From: a phage
Length of the DNA: 64,000 nt
Sequence record: PZ357121.2
Direction: 5' to 3' (one strand)
How positions within the stretch are numbered: position 1 is the first letter of the stretch; each line of letters opens with the position of its first letter. A model generated the notes under the pieces. It made no database searches and was not told where the DNA came from. It worked only from the letters and a program-made list of their open reading frames with translations. The position numbers and the translations under genes were made by a program. Positions 7,983 through 17,091 of the stretch are shown one piece after another.

Positions 7983-10196
7983 TTATTTGGCCGCTTCCAC
8001 GGCCTTCATGAATTTAACGATTTGAGCGACCTGTTCTTTAGAAAGAGTACCACGTCGTCCCATGTATTCTGACACAATATGATAATTGGTTTCGAATTCA
8101 ATAACCATTTTATCATCATTATCGTAAGCATTATCTTTAAGCTTATCGAAAATTTTAGCACACAATTCTAACTTCCTGTTCAGGTCTCTGTTTTCAGCAC
8201 CTGCGAATCGATTCCATCCCCAACGATTATTTACTGTTGAGAGTTTTGCAAAATCTTTACTGATTTCTTTGTTTTTAGAGCTAAAATACTTACTAAGGAA
8301 GTTAAGCTCTTCATTACGAGTAATATGATTCAAATAAGGCTGTGCTCTACGACTTGGTGATACATACTCATCATAATCCACTTTATCGATTAGCGTAATA
8401 TAGTCATTAATTGATTTTTCGAACAAGCATTCTACTTCACCAAGTTTACGAACTTTCTTAGCAATCTGTGGACGAACTACAGTGAACTCTTTAATACCTG
8501 ACAAATCAGCAATACGAGTCAAGAAATTGGAGTCATAGTTCAACCAACCTTTATCTGCGTCAAGACATTCAGCGTTAGAACGATTACGAACTATAGCATA
8601 ACCTTGGATTTCATCTGCTTCACTTGCCGGAATAAAGAGGTCTTCTGATACCCAAACATCGTTTTCATTCTTAAAGAATCGATGAGCACTTGGCGATTTA
8701 GGACGAGGCTCATTAGTCCGTTTCCTGACTTCAATCCATGGCTTAACGATTTGTAAAAGCTCTGAAGTCTTGTACATGTTAATGTTGTCGCCATCAAAGA
8801 TAACTTTAAGGCGTTCCAGAAGTTTCATTGCATCTTCGTCTGTAGGGTCAACGAATAGTACGCTTTTACCAAAACCGCGTGGAACTTTACCAGTTAATTT
8901 AACCTCGTCTTTAGACATTTCAATTGAATTAAGAGCTCGCATTAATGGAACGCGTCCCTTAACGTCGTCAATAACGATTTCAACATTTTTAATGTTAATG
9001 CCAATCAGGCTGTTAATTGAAATGGTCGATGATGAGCTACCACTTTCACGAATACGACGAAGACGAGGGGATTCAACGATATCATATACGACGCCAAGAT
9101 TACACCACTCAGGCCCCATTTTAAAACGTTTGTACAACTCAGAATAAGTTAGTTGTTCTTTAGAGTATTTCAGTGATTCAATATTAGACCCGGCCTTTTC
9201 CATGTATTTACGAGCTGTATAGCCAAGAGAATCAATTTCACGGAACACATGACGTGGGTATTTACAATCAATCCATTTCTTAGAATCTTCAGCAAATAAT
9301 TTTGCATCGATTTCTGCAACACGTTTATGGATATTTGCTACTGTACGTTTATCAAATGACAATGCTTCACGAGACGGGGCGACATCTAGTTCACCCATAG
9401 GGAATTTAATATAAGCTGTAGTGCATCGCGTCATCATCCATGTTTGTTCTTTAATAACACTTCCGATTGGATATACAATACCACCGTAAACGGCCATGAT
9501 ATTACCACGTTCACCCCATGGAGCTTCCTTGGCCAAATATACATCGTCAAATTCAGGAAAGTATTTAATATCTTTAACACCACGAACTTCTGCAATATCA
9601 CCTAGAGGACGCATAACATATGCAATTTCAGATGCGAACTTTTCAAAATCTTCTGGGTTAACAGGCACAACTACTTCAACGCCAGTCCGGTCATCAGGAC
9701 CCATCTTATCTACGAAGGTCGGCTTAATCTGTGGACCACTGTCATCTTGATAAATTACATAACCACGAACTTCACCGTTGTGATAAGACGTAAGGTTAAA
9801 CGTATCGGTATATGCTAGTGGAGCTTTAGAGCCTAGTCCGAATCCACCAATGAAATCATTACTCGATGTTTTAGTTGAAGCAAAATATGAGTTATAGATT
9901 CCTGGCTCTTCGTCATTACCTCGAATGGTGAAATCACTCATACCAGGACCAAAGTCTCGAACTACAAAACGTGGGTCTAAACGACCTGGAGCCTGAACAA
10001 TAAACTTATCAGTGCAACCATTAAGAATTTGTCCATCGATACAGTTTGTGATTAATTCACGTACACAAGCCAATTCTTTGTTTGTATAAAGGTCATTAGA
10101 CAAAATCTTATAAACTTTACTATTGCCTTGAATAGTAAATGCTGTGCTCTTACCGCCTGAACCAATAATCGTTTCTTTAGCCGTTTCAATAATCAT
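7983..10196 (-). CDS. rIIA: rIIA protein (737 aa)
   Basis: ATG ORF; histidine-kinase-type ATPase fold motifs near N-terminus; size and context match T4 rIIA. Confidence 0.9.
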   Translation of the reverse strand: MIIETAKETIIGSGGKSTAFTIQGNSKVYKILSNDLYTNKELACVRELITNCIDGQILNGCTDKFIVQAPGRLDPRFVVRDFGPGMSDFTIRGNDEEPGIYNSYFASTKTSSNDFIGGFGLGSKAPLAYTDTFNLTSYHNGEVRGYVIYQDDSGPQIKPTFVDKMGPDDRTGVEVVVPVNPEDFEKFASEIAYVMRPLGDIAEVRGVKDIKYFPEFDDVYLAKEAPWGERGNIMAVYGGIVYPIGSVIKEQTWMMTRCTTAYIKFPMGELDVAPSREALSFDKRTVANIHKRVAEIDAKLFAEDSKKWIDCKYPRHVFREIDSLGYTARKYMEKAGSNIESLKYSKEQLTYSELYKRFKMGPEWCNLGVVYDIVESPRLRRIRESGSSSSTISINSLIGINIKNVEIVIDDVKGRVPLMRALNSIEMSKDEVKLTGKVPRGFGKSVLFVDPTDEDAMKLLERLKVIFDGDNINMYKTSELLQIVKPWIEVRKRTNEPRPKSPSAHRFFKNENDVWVSEDLFIPASEADEIQGYAIVRNRSNAECLDADKGWLNYDSNFLTRIADLSGIKEFTVVRPQIAKKVRKLGEVECLFEKSINDYITLIDKVDYDEYVSPSRRAQPYLNHITRNEELNFLSKYFSSKNKEISKDFAKLSTVNNRWGWNRFAGAENRDLNRKLELCAKIFDKLKDNAYDNDDKMVIEFETNYHIVSEYMGRRGTLSKEQVAQIVKFMKAVEAAK

Positions 10197-10208
10197 ATTT
10201 TTCTCTCA

Positions 10209-10409
10209 TCACAAGTTACGTTTAAAAATTTCTGCTACTTCAAGAAGTTCTTCTTTAGTAGCTGTATCGGTTTGTATTTTATATCGAATTTCCTTAAAGC
10301 GTTCTTTAAAGGCTTCGGCTGATTCGATATCAAAAAATCTTTGGATAAGCCGGAATTCCCGGAGCACTGCTTTATCAAAAAGTTCCAAGTCCACGTTATA
10401 TGTTCTCAT
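10209..10409 (-). CDS. hypothetical protein (66 aa; rIIA.1-like position)
   Basis: ATG ORF immediately upstream of rIIA. Confidence 0.5.
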   Translation of the reverse strand: MRTYNVDLELFDKAVLREFRLIQRFFDIESAEAFKERFKEIRYKIQTDTATKEELLEVAEIFKRNL

Positions 10410-10434
10410 AATATTCTCTTCAGTAGATTCCTAG

Positions 10435-10485
10435 GGCACTATTACTAAAGACCATATAATCTATCATCTTATGTGTAATAGTGCC
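10435..10485 (-). repeat. perfect 11-bp inverted repeat (GGCACTATTAC / GTAATAGTGCC) with 29-nt loop
   Basis: Seen directly; lies between glycosyltransferase stop and next gene start; loop contains TATAAT-like sequence. Confidence 0.6.
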
Positions 10486-10501
10486 TCAGGCGATTCAGGA
10501 T

Positions 10502-11602
10502 TTACGCTGTGAAGATTTTATCCCACATCGCAACAACTGCATCTCGATTATACTTCTTCCATACTGCTTCAGCACGTTTAACTCGAGCTTCGTATGTGTC
10601 AGTGAATTCTAATACAGCTTTTGTGTAAAGCGCAACTACTTCTTTCTTAGGAGTAGAGGAATCAATTTCTACACGCACAGTATCTGGGTCGTATTCGAAT
10701 GTCGCATGAGGATAATCCTTAAAAACTAACTGGATTACAGGGACACCTTTAGAGATGGCTTCAATAGAACTATTCTCTACCGTACCTGTGTCAGGACACG
10801 TATTAATAAGTGCTTTAGCTGTTTTAAGACGTTCCATGATTTCACTGTGTGGAGCATCAATAATAACAGGATACTTAGCCGGTGGTGCCCATTTGCTTGG
10901 ACAGTATCCTGCACCATTTTCGCCTAGTGCTTTAATAGCTTCAAGAGCAACATCAGTACGACGCATTTTAGTGTCATAACGTTGTGCACTAATAATCAGA
11001 TCAGTCGCCGGGAGAACTTCTGGCTTTTCAGTCAAACAAATAACCGGATAATCTTCGGCTTCAAACAACGGATTTGCTCGCCAATAATCATAATCAATTT
11101 TGTCAGTCAGACCTGAAGTCATATAACAATATTTGCGTTCAAATTCACGGAAGGCTTTAGTAGGAGCATAACTCTTACCACCATTCTTATGAATTTGAAT
11201 AGTTTGGTCCCAAATTTGAACAATGCCACGAGATACCGGTTCAAATGGTGTTGCCATAAAATTCTTATGAACTTTAGAGAGACCTACGTCTTTAATTGCC
11301 TGAACGGTTAGTTTAGTCGGTTCCATAGTAACAACAAAATCGTATTCATGGATGCCGGCTAGTTCAACAATCTTACGAGCCATAGTATAACTCATACCTA
11401 GACTGAATTTAGTCAGATGACCAACAGGATGGTGTGTAACTTTCCAGTCACCAAACGTGTCATTATCAAAGCCGATATAATCAATATCAGCACCGATGGA
11501 CACAAGATATTTCAACACATTTAAATGTACTGCTTCAAGGCCACCTTGTACACGGTCAGGATTAAATGGGACTGCACGAGATGGGATAAACATAACTTTC
11601 AT
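10502..11602 (-). CDS. GT-B family glycosyltransferase (366 aa); candidate hmC-DNA glycosyl/arabinosyl transferase
   Basis: ATG ORF; C-terminal motif TGTVENSSIEAISKGVPVI fits GT4-type E-x-E/G-x-PV signature; lies between rIIA and 39 where RB69-type phages are reported to carry their hmC arabinosyltransferase (not verified). Confidence 0.7.
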   Translation of the reverse strand: MKVMFIPSRAVPFNPDRVQGGLEAVHLNVLKYLVSIGADIDYIGFDNDTFGDWKVTHHPVGHLTKFSLGMSYTMARKIVELAGIHEYDFVVTMEPTKLTVQAIKDVGLSKVHKNFMATPFEPVSRGIVQIWDQTIQIHKNGGKSYAPTKAFREFERKYCYMTSGLTDKIDYDYWRANPLFEAEDYPVICLTEKPEVLPATDLIISAQRYDTKMRRTDVALEAIKALGENGAGYCPSKWAPPAKYPVIIDAPHSEIMERLKTAKALINTCPDTGTVENSSIEAISKGVPVIQLVFKDYPHATFEYDPDTVRVEIDSSTPKKEVVALYTKAVLEFTDTYEARVKRAEAVWKKYNRDAVVAMWDKIFTA

Positions 11603-11628
11603 AATTAAGCCTTATTAAAATTAAAATG

Positions 11629-11646
11629 AAGCTCCCGAAGGAGCTT
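11629..11646 (-). terminator. terminator-like hairpin downstream of gene 39
   Basis: AAGCTCC-CGAA-GGAGCTT hairpin followed on - strand by CATTTTAATTTT. Confidence 0.45.
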
Positions 11647-13462
11647 AGGACATCCATTCTTTACGAAGTTCTGAATCATCACCCAACAACATTTCAAAGA
11701 GTTCTTTCCAATTTTCAGGAAGTTTAACTACGTCGTACACAGGATTCTGAATCATTTCACGATATTCTGACTTTTCAAGGGAGCCCAATCCCTTGATGTA
11801 TCGAATACTATGCTTAGGCAGTGTATCTTTAACTTCTTCATACTCAGCTACAGTATAAAACCATTTTTGAGTTTTGCCAATTTGTGCAATAATTACAGGC
11901 GTTTTAACAAAGCGAATACGTCCTTGTTCGAACAATTCGGGCCAATTACTAAAGAAAGCAAGCAAAGCCGGATAAATACTTCCAAGACCATCATGATCGG
12001 CATCGGTCATAATTGCAATATTACGATAGTTCGTATTCTCTGCCTTTTCACCAAGAATAAGACCTGTGATAGCACAGATATCAAAGAGCTCTTTGTTCTT
12101 CATCATATCAGCATATGACATACCCCAGCTATTCATCACCTTACCACGTAATGGGAATCCACCGTGTAGTTCACGGTCACGAACATCAATGAGATAACCA
12201 ATTGCCGAATCACCTTCTGTTAAAAACAATGTCGTATCTGCATCTTTACCACATTGGTTAGCTTTAATATGCTTATGAACCTTAGCTTTAGTTGCCTTTT
12301 TAGCTGCTTTAGTTTCTGCAGCCTTTTCTGCTGCCAATTTACGAGCTAATGCTGCTTCAACAATAGGCATAATCAAGGCTTCGTTTTTAAGAAGTGCCTG
12401 AGCAATTTTCTTAGCATCTAATTGGATATGATTACGAATATCGCCATACGTTGACGTTAAACGTTCTTTAGTCTGAGAATCAAAACGCATGTTGCTCATG
12501 TCTCTAATAAACATCAACATTGTGAGACATTCTTTAACACGAGCTTTAGTGACTTCAATACCCTTATATTTCTTTTTAATGCCGGGCAAAAGATGTTCGC
12601 AGATATCATCCATTACACATTCAACATGATGACCACCATTTTTAGTATGGATGTTATTCACATAAGTTAAATGACGGAAGCCATCTGGTGATGTTGTGAA
12701 TGCTATAGAGACTTTATCATTTTCTTGAATGATGTTATCTTCGCCAAATTGTTTAGCAAATCGTTTAAAATTACCATCAACCTTTTTACCATTAAATGTG
12801 AACTTGATATCAGGATAAACGACTGCCAATGTTTGAAGACGGTCTAAAGTAATATCTAAATAAATTTGAGATAAATTATGCTCTTCAAATGAAGAGAAAT
12901 CAGGAGTGAAGATTACTTTAGTGCCTTTACCTTTAGATTTCTTAGAAGACCACGATTTGTTTTCCATTCCGTTTGAACAGTTAACAGTGATTTCATTTTC
13001 GCCATCTGACGTTATGCCTGTAAACAACGTAGAGAAGATATTAGTTAAACTACTCCCGACGCCGTTCATACCACCAGTCTTGCGTTCAGAGTCATCACCA
13101 AAGTTACCGCCGGCCTTTGGAATAGTCCAGGCTGCTACAGGCCCAGGAATTTGTTCACCTGTTTGGTCGGTAACTAAACCTTGAGGAATACCACGTCCGT
13201 TATCTTCCACCGAAACTTGATTATTTTTAATTTGCACATCAATTTTATTTGCAAACTTAAATGATGTACGAATAGCTTCATCAACCGAGTTGTCAATAAT
13301 CTCATCGATTAATTTAACCAGACCAGGAACATATTCAACTTGTTGATATTTACCAAACAAAAAACGCTCGTGGGCTTCTTTGGCCGAAGAACCAATATAC
13401 ATGCCACTACGTTTCTTAATATGTTCTACATCTGACAATACCTTAATTTCATTTTTAATCAT
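11645..13462 (-). CDS. 39: DNA topoisomerase II large (ATPase) subunit, fused gp39/gp60 type (605 aa)
   Basis: ATG ORF; GyrB-like ATPase motifs; 605 aa continuous, so no split gene 60 or bypass element as in T4. Confidence 0.9.
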   Translation of the reverse strand: MIKNEIKVLSDVEHIKKRSGMYIGSSAKEAHERFLFGKYQQVEYVPGLVKLIDEIIDNSVDEAIRTSFKFANKIDVQIKNNQVSVEDNGRGIPQGLVTDQTGEQIPGPVAAWTIPKAGGNFGDDSERKTGGMNGVGSSLTNIFSTLFTGITSDGENEITVNCSNGMENKSWSSKKSKGKGTKVIFTPDFSSFEEHNLSQIYLDITLDRLQTLAVVYPDIKFTFNGKKVDGNFKRFAKQFGEDNIIQENDKVSIAFTTSPDGFRHLTYVNNIHTKNGGHHVECVMDDICEHLLPGIKKKYKGIEVTKARVKECLTMLMFIRDMSNMRFDSQTKERLTSTYGDIRNHIQLDAKKIAQALLKNEALIMPIVEAALARKLAAEKAAETKAAKKATKAKVHKHIKANQCGKDADTTLFLTEGDSAIGYLIDVRDRELHGGFPLRGKVMNSWGMSYADMMKNKELFDICAITGLILGEKAENTNYRNIAIMTDADHDGLGSIYPALLAFFSNWPELFEQGRIRFVKTPVIIAQIGKTQKWFYTVAEYEEVKDTLPKHSIRYIKGLGSLEKSEYREMIQNPVYDVVKLPENWKELFEMLLGDDSELRKEWMS

Positions 13463-13511
13463 GTTGTCTCCTCGTTATGAAGGTATTCTATCATCCGAAA
13501 TCTAAAGCAAA

Positions 13512-13527
13512 AAGGGCCGAAGCCCTT
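13512..13527 (-). terminator. rho-independent terminator
   Basis: AAGGGC-CGAA-GCCCTT hairpin followed on - strand by TTTGCTTT. Confidence 0.5.
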
Positions 13528-13948
13528 ATTTAAATTTAATTTTCTGAAGTGCATCAATTGCAGCCAAACGCCCTTGTTCACTTTTAACTGTAATGACCAC
13601 ATCGCCTGATACGATCACCGAACCATCAACAAATTCTATAGAGCCTTTTTTGAAATCGACAGCTGTATCTGGTTCCGGAACTTCTTCAAAGAATTTAAAT
13701 TCTGCACCATAAAGCAGAATATCACCTTGCATACTAATGATTGTACGCCCAGGTCCATCGGTTTCAGCGGCAATCATTGAAACACCGTAACCAATCATCT
13801 CTTCTACAATAAAATCTCTTGATAATAAAACTGTATGCAGAGTAGTGTTAAGACGTTTACCAGTTGTATTAAGAATTCTCAAGAAATTATCTTCTTGACC
13901 TTTGATAATACGATATTTCTTACCAACTTCAAAACCTTTAAAAGCCAT
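13526..13948 (-). CDS. hypothetical protein (140 aa)
   Basis: ATG ORF. Confidence 0.6.
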   Translation of the reverse strand: MAFKGFEVGKKYRIIKGQEDNFLRILNTTGKRLNTTLHTVLLSRDFIVEEMIGYGVSMIAAETDGPGRTIISMQGDILLYGAEFKFFEEVPEPDTAVDFKKGSIEFVDGSVIVSGDVVITVKSEQGRLAAIDALQKIKFK

Positions 13949-13951
13949 AAT

Positions 13952-14131
13952 TAACCCTTCTTAAGTAAGTCGTAAAAACCACCGTTCACATGTTTAGGAG
14001 CAGAAACCCGACGAGTAGACAGACGATGACATTCAGGGCAAACATCGTTTTCTCGTTCAGAAATTCTTTTAATTTTTTCATATTCATGACCACAATCTTC
14101 AGATTGGCATTTATAGTCGTATAACGGCATT
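13952..14131 (-). CDS. zinc-ribbon protein (59 aa; two CxxC pairs)
   Basis: ORF below 60-aa cutoff found by reading the gap: MPLYDYKCQSEDCGHEYEKIKRISERENDVCPECHR...; fills the gap between flanking genes exactly. Confidence 0.6.
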
Positions 14132-14132
14132 A

Positions 14133-14543
14133 TTATTCCTTAAAATGTGCTTTCAACATTTGATACAAAGACCATGCCTGGTCATTATTTTCGATAGTAA
14201 TCGTCATCACAGGAAATTCAGACAATTCGCCAAGTTCACCAGAATCTTGCTCTTCAGACGCTTGATATGGATTTTCCACTTCATCAAAAAACTCTGCTTC
14301 GTTCGTGGAGAGCCAGATAAAGTTTTCATCAAGGATATCACCGCCTGTGGCGTATCCAACAGTGCCAGTAGATGTCACAATTTTAGTAGGACGTCCAAGA
14401 TGGTCAACATCTAATACTTTAAACGGTTCCATGCCAAGACGTCGTGCATAAATCCCATTATCAGTGTGGTCTTTAATAAACTCTTCTTGGGCACGTTTAT
14501 CTATAAATTGATACCATGAGTTAACGCGGAATTTATTAGCCAT
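14133..14543 (-). CDS. hypothetical protein (136 aa)
   Basis: Internal ATG (MANKF...) overlaps upstream TAA as TAATG; track ORF extends to 14561. Confidence 0.55.
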   Translation of the reverse strand: MANKFRVNSWYQFIDKRAQEEFIKDHTDNGIYARRLGMEPFKVLDVDHLGRPTKIVTSTGTVGYATGGDILDENFIWLSTNEAEFFDEVENPYQASEEQDSGELGELSEFPVMTITIENNDQAWSLYQMLKAHFKE

Positions 14544-14770
14544 TAGTAAGTTTCCTTCCAATAAGTTGTACCATTTTCAGTGATTTCACGGAAGATACCA
14601 TAGATAGGCATTTTGTCACCGAGTTTTTCATAAACGTAAACCACTTCGGTGTAGCATAAAAATTCAGTCCAGTTTTTCTGTACAACAACTAAATCAGGAT
14701 TAAACAGAACATCTTCAAACTCATCGATGTTTGAATCAGTGGTTACGTTTTTAATGATTTGACGTTTCAT
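14543..14770 (-). CDS. hypothetical protein (75 aa)
   Basis: ATG at 14770 with GAGGAG SD; track N-terminal extension is encoded by the promoter. Confidence 0.5.
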   Translation of the reverse strand: MKRQIIKNVTTDSNIDEFEDVLFNPDLVVVQKNWTEFLCYTEVVYVYEKLGDKMPIYGIFREITENGTTYWKETY

Positions 14771-14798
14771 AATATTCTCCTCTTGTTTTGATAGGTCT

Positions 14799-14827
14799 AT
14801 AGTATCATAGGCCATAGTTGTTGTACA
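14799..14827 (-). promoter_or_regulatory. T4-type early promoter (-35 TGTACA, 17 nt, -10 TACTAT)
   Basis: Minus strand motif followed by AGACCTATCAAAAC leader. Confidence 0.55.
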
Positions 14828-15352
14828 TCATTTTAGCAAAATAAAATCAACTTGTTCTGCCAATGAACGTCTAAACATTAATTGACAACTTCCGAGGATG
14901 AAATCAGGTGCTTCATAGACCGCGATGTAGTATCCTTTAGCTTTCAAAAGTTCAACATCCACCTGGTCATCAAACCATGCATAAACCGCGTCAACACTTT
15001 CAAATCCAAAATAGAACCCTTGGGCCCAATCTTCACTCAATTCAAATGTGTGCTCAATTCTATAGTATCTTAAGATATTTTGTTCAAGGAGTTTGTCTTC
15101 ATTTACTGTAGGACGATTAGGGACATTATAGTTGTCACCGTGATGGTAGAAGTTACCTGAGATTATTCCATGTTTATCAAGGAACTCCCATGTTTCTTCA
15201 GAGTTGTCGGTGCCCGACCAACCGTATGGCGAACGAGGTTCTTTATTCCAAGAGGTTTCCCAAATTCTGACGGCTTTACCATCTTCGATAGCAATTCCTG
15301 GTAATGATTCACGTTGAGTACAAAAACTACGTTCTACGCGGTAAACTAACAT
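14828..15352 (-). CDS. hypothetical protein (174 aa)
   Basis: ATG at 15352 (MLVYRVE...) with GAGGAG SD; track N-terminal extension overlaps promoter. Confidence 0.55.
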   Translation of the reverse strand: MLVYRVERSFCTQRESLPGIAIEDGKAVRIWETSWNKEPRSPYGWSGTDNSEETWEFLDKHGIISGNFYHHGDNYNVPNRPTVNEDKLLEQNILRYYRIEHTFELSEDWAQGFYFGFESVDAVYAWFDDQVDVELLKAKGYYIAVYEAPDFILGSCQLMFRRSLAEQVDFILLK

Positions 15353-15378
15353 ATTATTCTCCTCTGGTTGATATGGGT

Positions 15379-15407
15379 ATAATATCAAAACCAGAGGAGA
15401 AGTAAAC
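15379..15407 (-). promoter_or_regulatory. T4-type early promoter (-35 GTTTAC, 17 nt, -10 TATTAT) with 9-bp inverted repeat
   Basis: CCTCTGGTT/AACCAGAGG inverted repeat brackets the -10; downstream arm contains the SD. Confidence 0.55.
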
Positions 15408-15411
15408 AACT

Positions 15412-15831
15412 TTATGCGAAAGCAGCTGGGGTATATTTTTTAATTTGGAATTCAGGAACTACCATGAACTGACCAGCGAAAACGATGTTATAAAGCTTAA
15501 CACCATCTTCTACCCAACGGTCGCTGATAAATCCGGCGATTTGCTTAGTTTTCCACGGTGTTCCATCAGTTGCCGCAGCAATAGTGAATTCATGGTCTTT
15601 TTCAACAGAAACTGATCTGCATAGTCCCCATTTGAACGCTTTTTCTTCTGGTTCAATGAACTGGCTTGAGACGTAGCCAATATTACCATTAGCATCACGA
15701 ACTTTAACTTGGTTACGACCAAAAACCGGATCACTCACAGAAATAACTTCAACCAACTTCCCGGCAACTTTAGAGCGAGAAGCAACAGATACATATACGT
15801 AATCACCTGTAGAGAGATTTACAATATTCAT
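15412..15831 (-). CDS. hypothetical protein (139 aa), paralog of adjacent gene
   Basis: ATG ORF; shares SxASRSK.AGxLVEV, FKWxLC and GFISDxWVEDGxKLYNIVF motifs with 15841-16338. Confidence 0.65.
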   Translation of the reverse strand: MNIVNLSTGDYVYVSVASRSKVAGKLVEVISVSDPVFGRNQVKVRDANGNIGYVSSQFIEPEEKAFKWGLCRSVSVEKDHEFTIAAATDGTPWKTKQIAGFISDRWVEDGVKLYNIVFAGQFMVVPEFQIKKYTPAAFA

Positions 15832-15840
15832 AATAATTCC

Positions 15841-16338
15841 TTAAGCTTTATGAGGAGACACATAGCGAGTGATTTCAGATTCTTTAACAACTCGGAAGTC
15901 ACCTAAGAATACGATATTGTATAACTTTTCACCATCTTCAACCCATTGGTCACTAATGAAGCCACACATAGTATCAGTTTTGCTTGGATAACCGTATTCG
16001 TCGATGTAATCAAATTCTTTATCGGTTATAAATTCAACGCCTTTGCAAAGAGCCCATTTGAACTGTGTAGTAGGCTCAACGATATCGCTTGAAGCAAAGT
16101 GTGCAGGTGCAACTTCTTCGCTTGAAGCAAATTGGACTCGTATATGTTTTTCCAGGAATTTAGGACTTACGTAAGCATACTGGGCATCTTGTCCGCCAAA
16201 ACTGGGCATGATTCGAACTTTAACTTCTTTAATACGTCCCATGCCATTTGTGCGAAGTCCGACAACTTCAACCAGACGACCTGCGGCTTTAGACCGGGAT
16301 GCAGTTGATACACGCTTAATTTCACCAATAGTAATCAT
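15841..16338 (-). CDS. hypothetical protein (165 aa), paralog of adjacent gene
   Basis: ATG ORF; tandem paralog of 15412-15831. Confidence 0.65.
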   Translation of the reverse strand: MITIGEIKRVSTASRSKAAGRLVEVVGLRTNGMGRIKEVKVRIMPSFGGQDAQYAYVSPKFLEKHIRVQFASSEEVAPAHFASSDIVEPTTQFKWALCKGVEFITDKEFDYIDEYGYPSKTDTMCGFISDQWVEDGEKLYNIVFLGDFRVVKESEITRYVSPHKA

Positions 16339-16369
16339 AATTTTTTCTCTCTTTGTTTAAGTTGAATTC

Positions 16370-16399
16370 ATTATACTCCATCCATCCTTGGATGTAAAC
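16370..16399 (-). promoter_or_regulatory. early promoter (-35 GTTTAC, 18 nt, -10 TATAAT) with CCAAGGATGG spacer motif
   Basis: Minus strand GTTTACATCCAAGGATGGATGGAGTATAAT. Confidence 0.55.
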
Positions 16400-16404
16400 T
16401 GATT

Positions 16405-17082
16405 TTATCGCTGTTTTACACTTAACGGGTCAGGATTCTCAGGGACATCTTCAAGGCCAAGCGCATAACGCTGAGCATATTTTAACATCAAAATATCTTT
16501 AGCACAATCATGAATACTATCATGGGCAACGAATCCTTTTAGCGTACCCATCGGTAATGGACACATACTTAATCCTCGTGTCAACGAGTAAGCTTCGATT
16601 GCCGTACGAATATCGCGTTGAGCCCAGAATTTAACCGGTTCTAATTTATCAGTATCAATCTCTGGTTCAAGAACACCTTCATCACGATAGAGGTCACGAA
16701 TCAAATCGACCAAGATCGGGAAGTCAAAGCTCATACCACGGCACCACATCTGTGATTTCCATTGGTCAACTTTATTAGCTCGGCAATAGTCTAAAAAGAT
16801 TTTAATGCCTTCAAGCGTAGTGACGTCGTCTTCAGACGGAGCCAAGTTTTTACGTGCTTCAGCCGATTGTTCTTTCCACCATTTCATAGTGGATTTAGCG
16901 AAAACTCGCTTCCCTTTCTGAGAAGCTAAATTAAATTTAATTCGCTTACCTCGTTGAACAAGTTCTTCAAATGATTCAACAACTTCAGGGTCGGAATTAT
17001 ATGCAATAACCGCAAGGTCAATAACAGCCGCTTTTGATGTATTGCCGAATGTTTCAAAATCTATAATAACATCAGTGCTCAT
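16405..17082 (-). CDS. dexA: exonuclease A, DEDD 3'-5' exonuclease (225 aa)
   Basis: ATG ORF; N-terminal DFETFG exonuclease motif; adjacent to dda as in T4. Confidence 0.85.
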   Translation of the reverse strand: MSTDVIIDFETFGNTSKAAVIDLAVIAYNSDPEVVESFEELVQRGKRIKFNLASQKGKRVFAKSTMKWWKEQSAEARKNLAPSEDDVTTLEGIKIFLDYCRANKVDQWKSQMWCRGMSFDFPILVDLIRDLYRDEGVLEPEIDTDKLEPVKFWAQRDIRTAIEAYSLTRGLSMCPLPMGTLKGFVAHDSIHDCAKDILMLKYAQRYALGLEDVPENPDPLSVKQR

Positions 17083-17091
17083 AATTTTCTC

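Noticed and set aside
8770-9147. Plus-strand ORFs lying antisense inside large minus-strand genes (for example 8770-9147 in rIIA, 38798-39238 in gene 43, 40151-40744, 45481-45969, 50514-50960)
   Set aside because: No SD, fully overlapped by strongly supported genes, low-complexity translations; typical antisense artefacts of AT-rich DNA
14543-14815. N-terminal extensions of track ORFs (14543-14815, 14828-15409, 21607-21903, 49608-49988, 51195-51539)
   Set aside because: The extra codons are the conserved promoter sequence itself (translations such as M.YDTIDLSK recur); a downstream ATG with good SD was used
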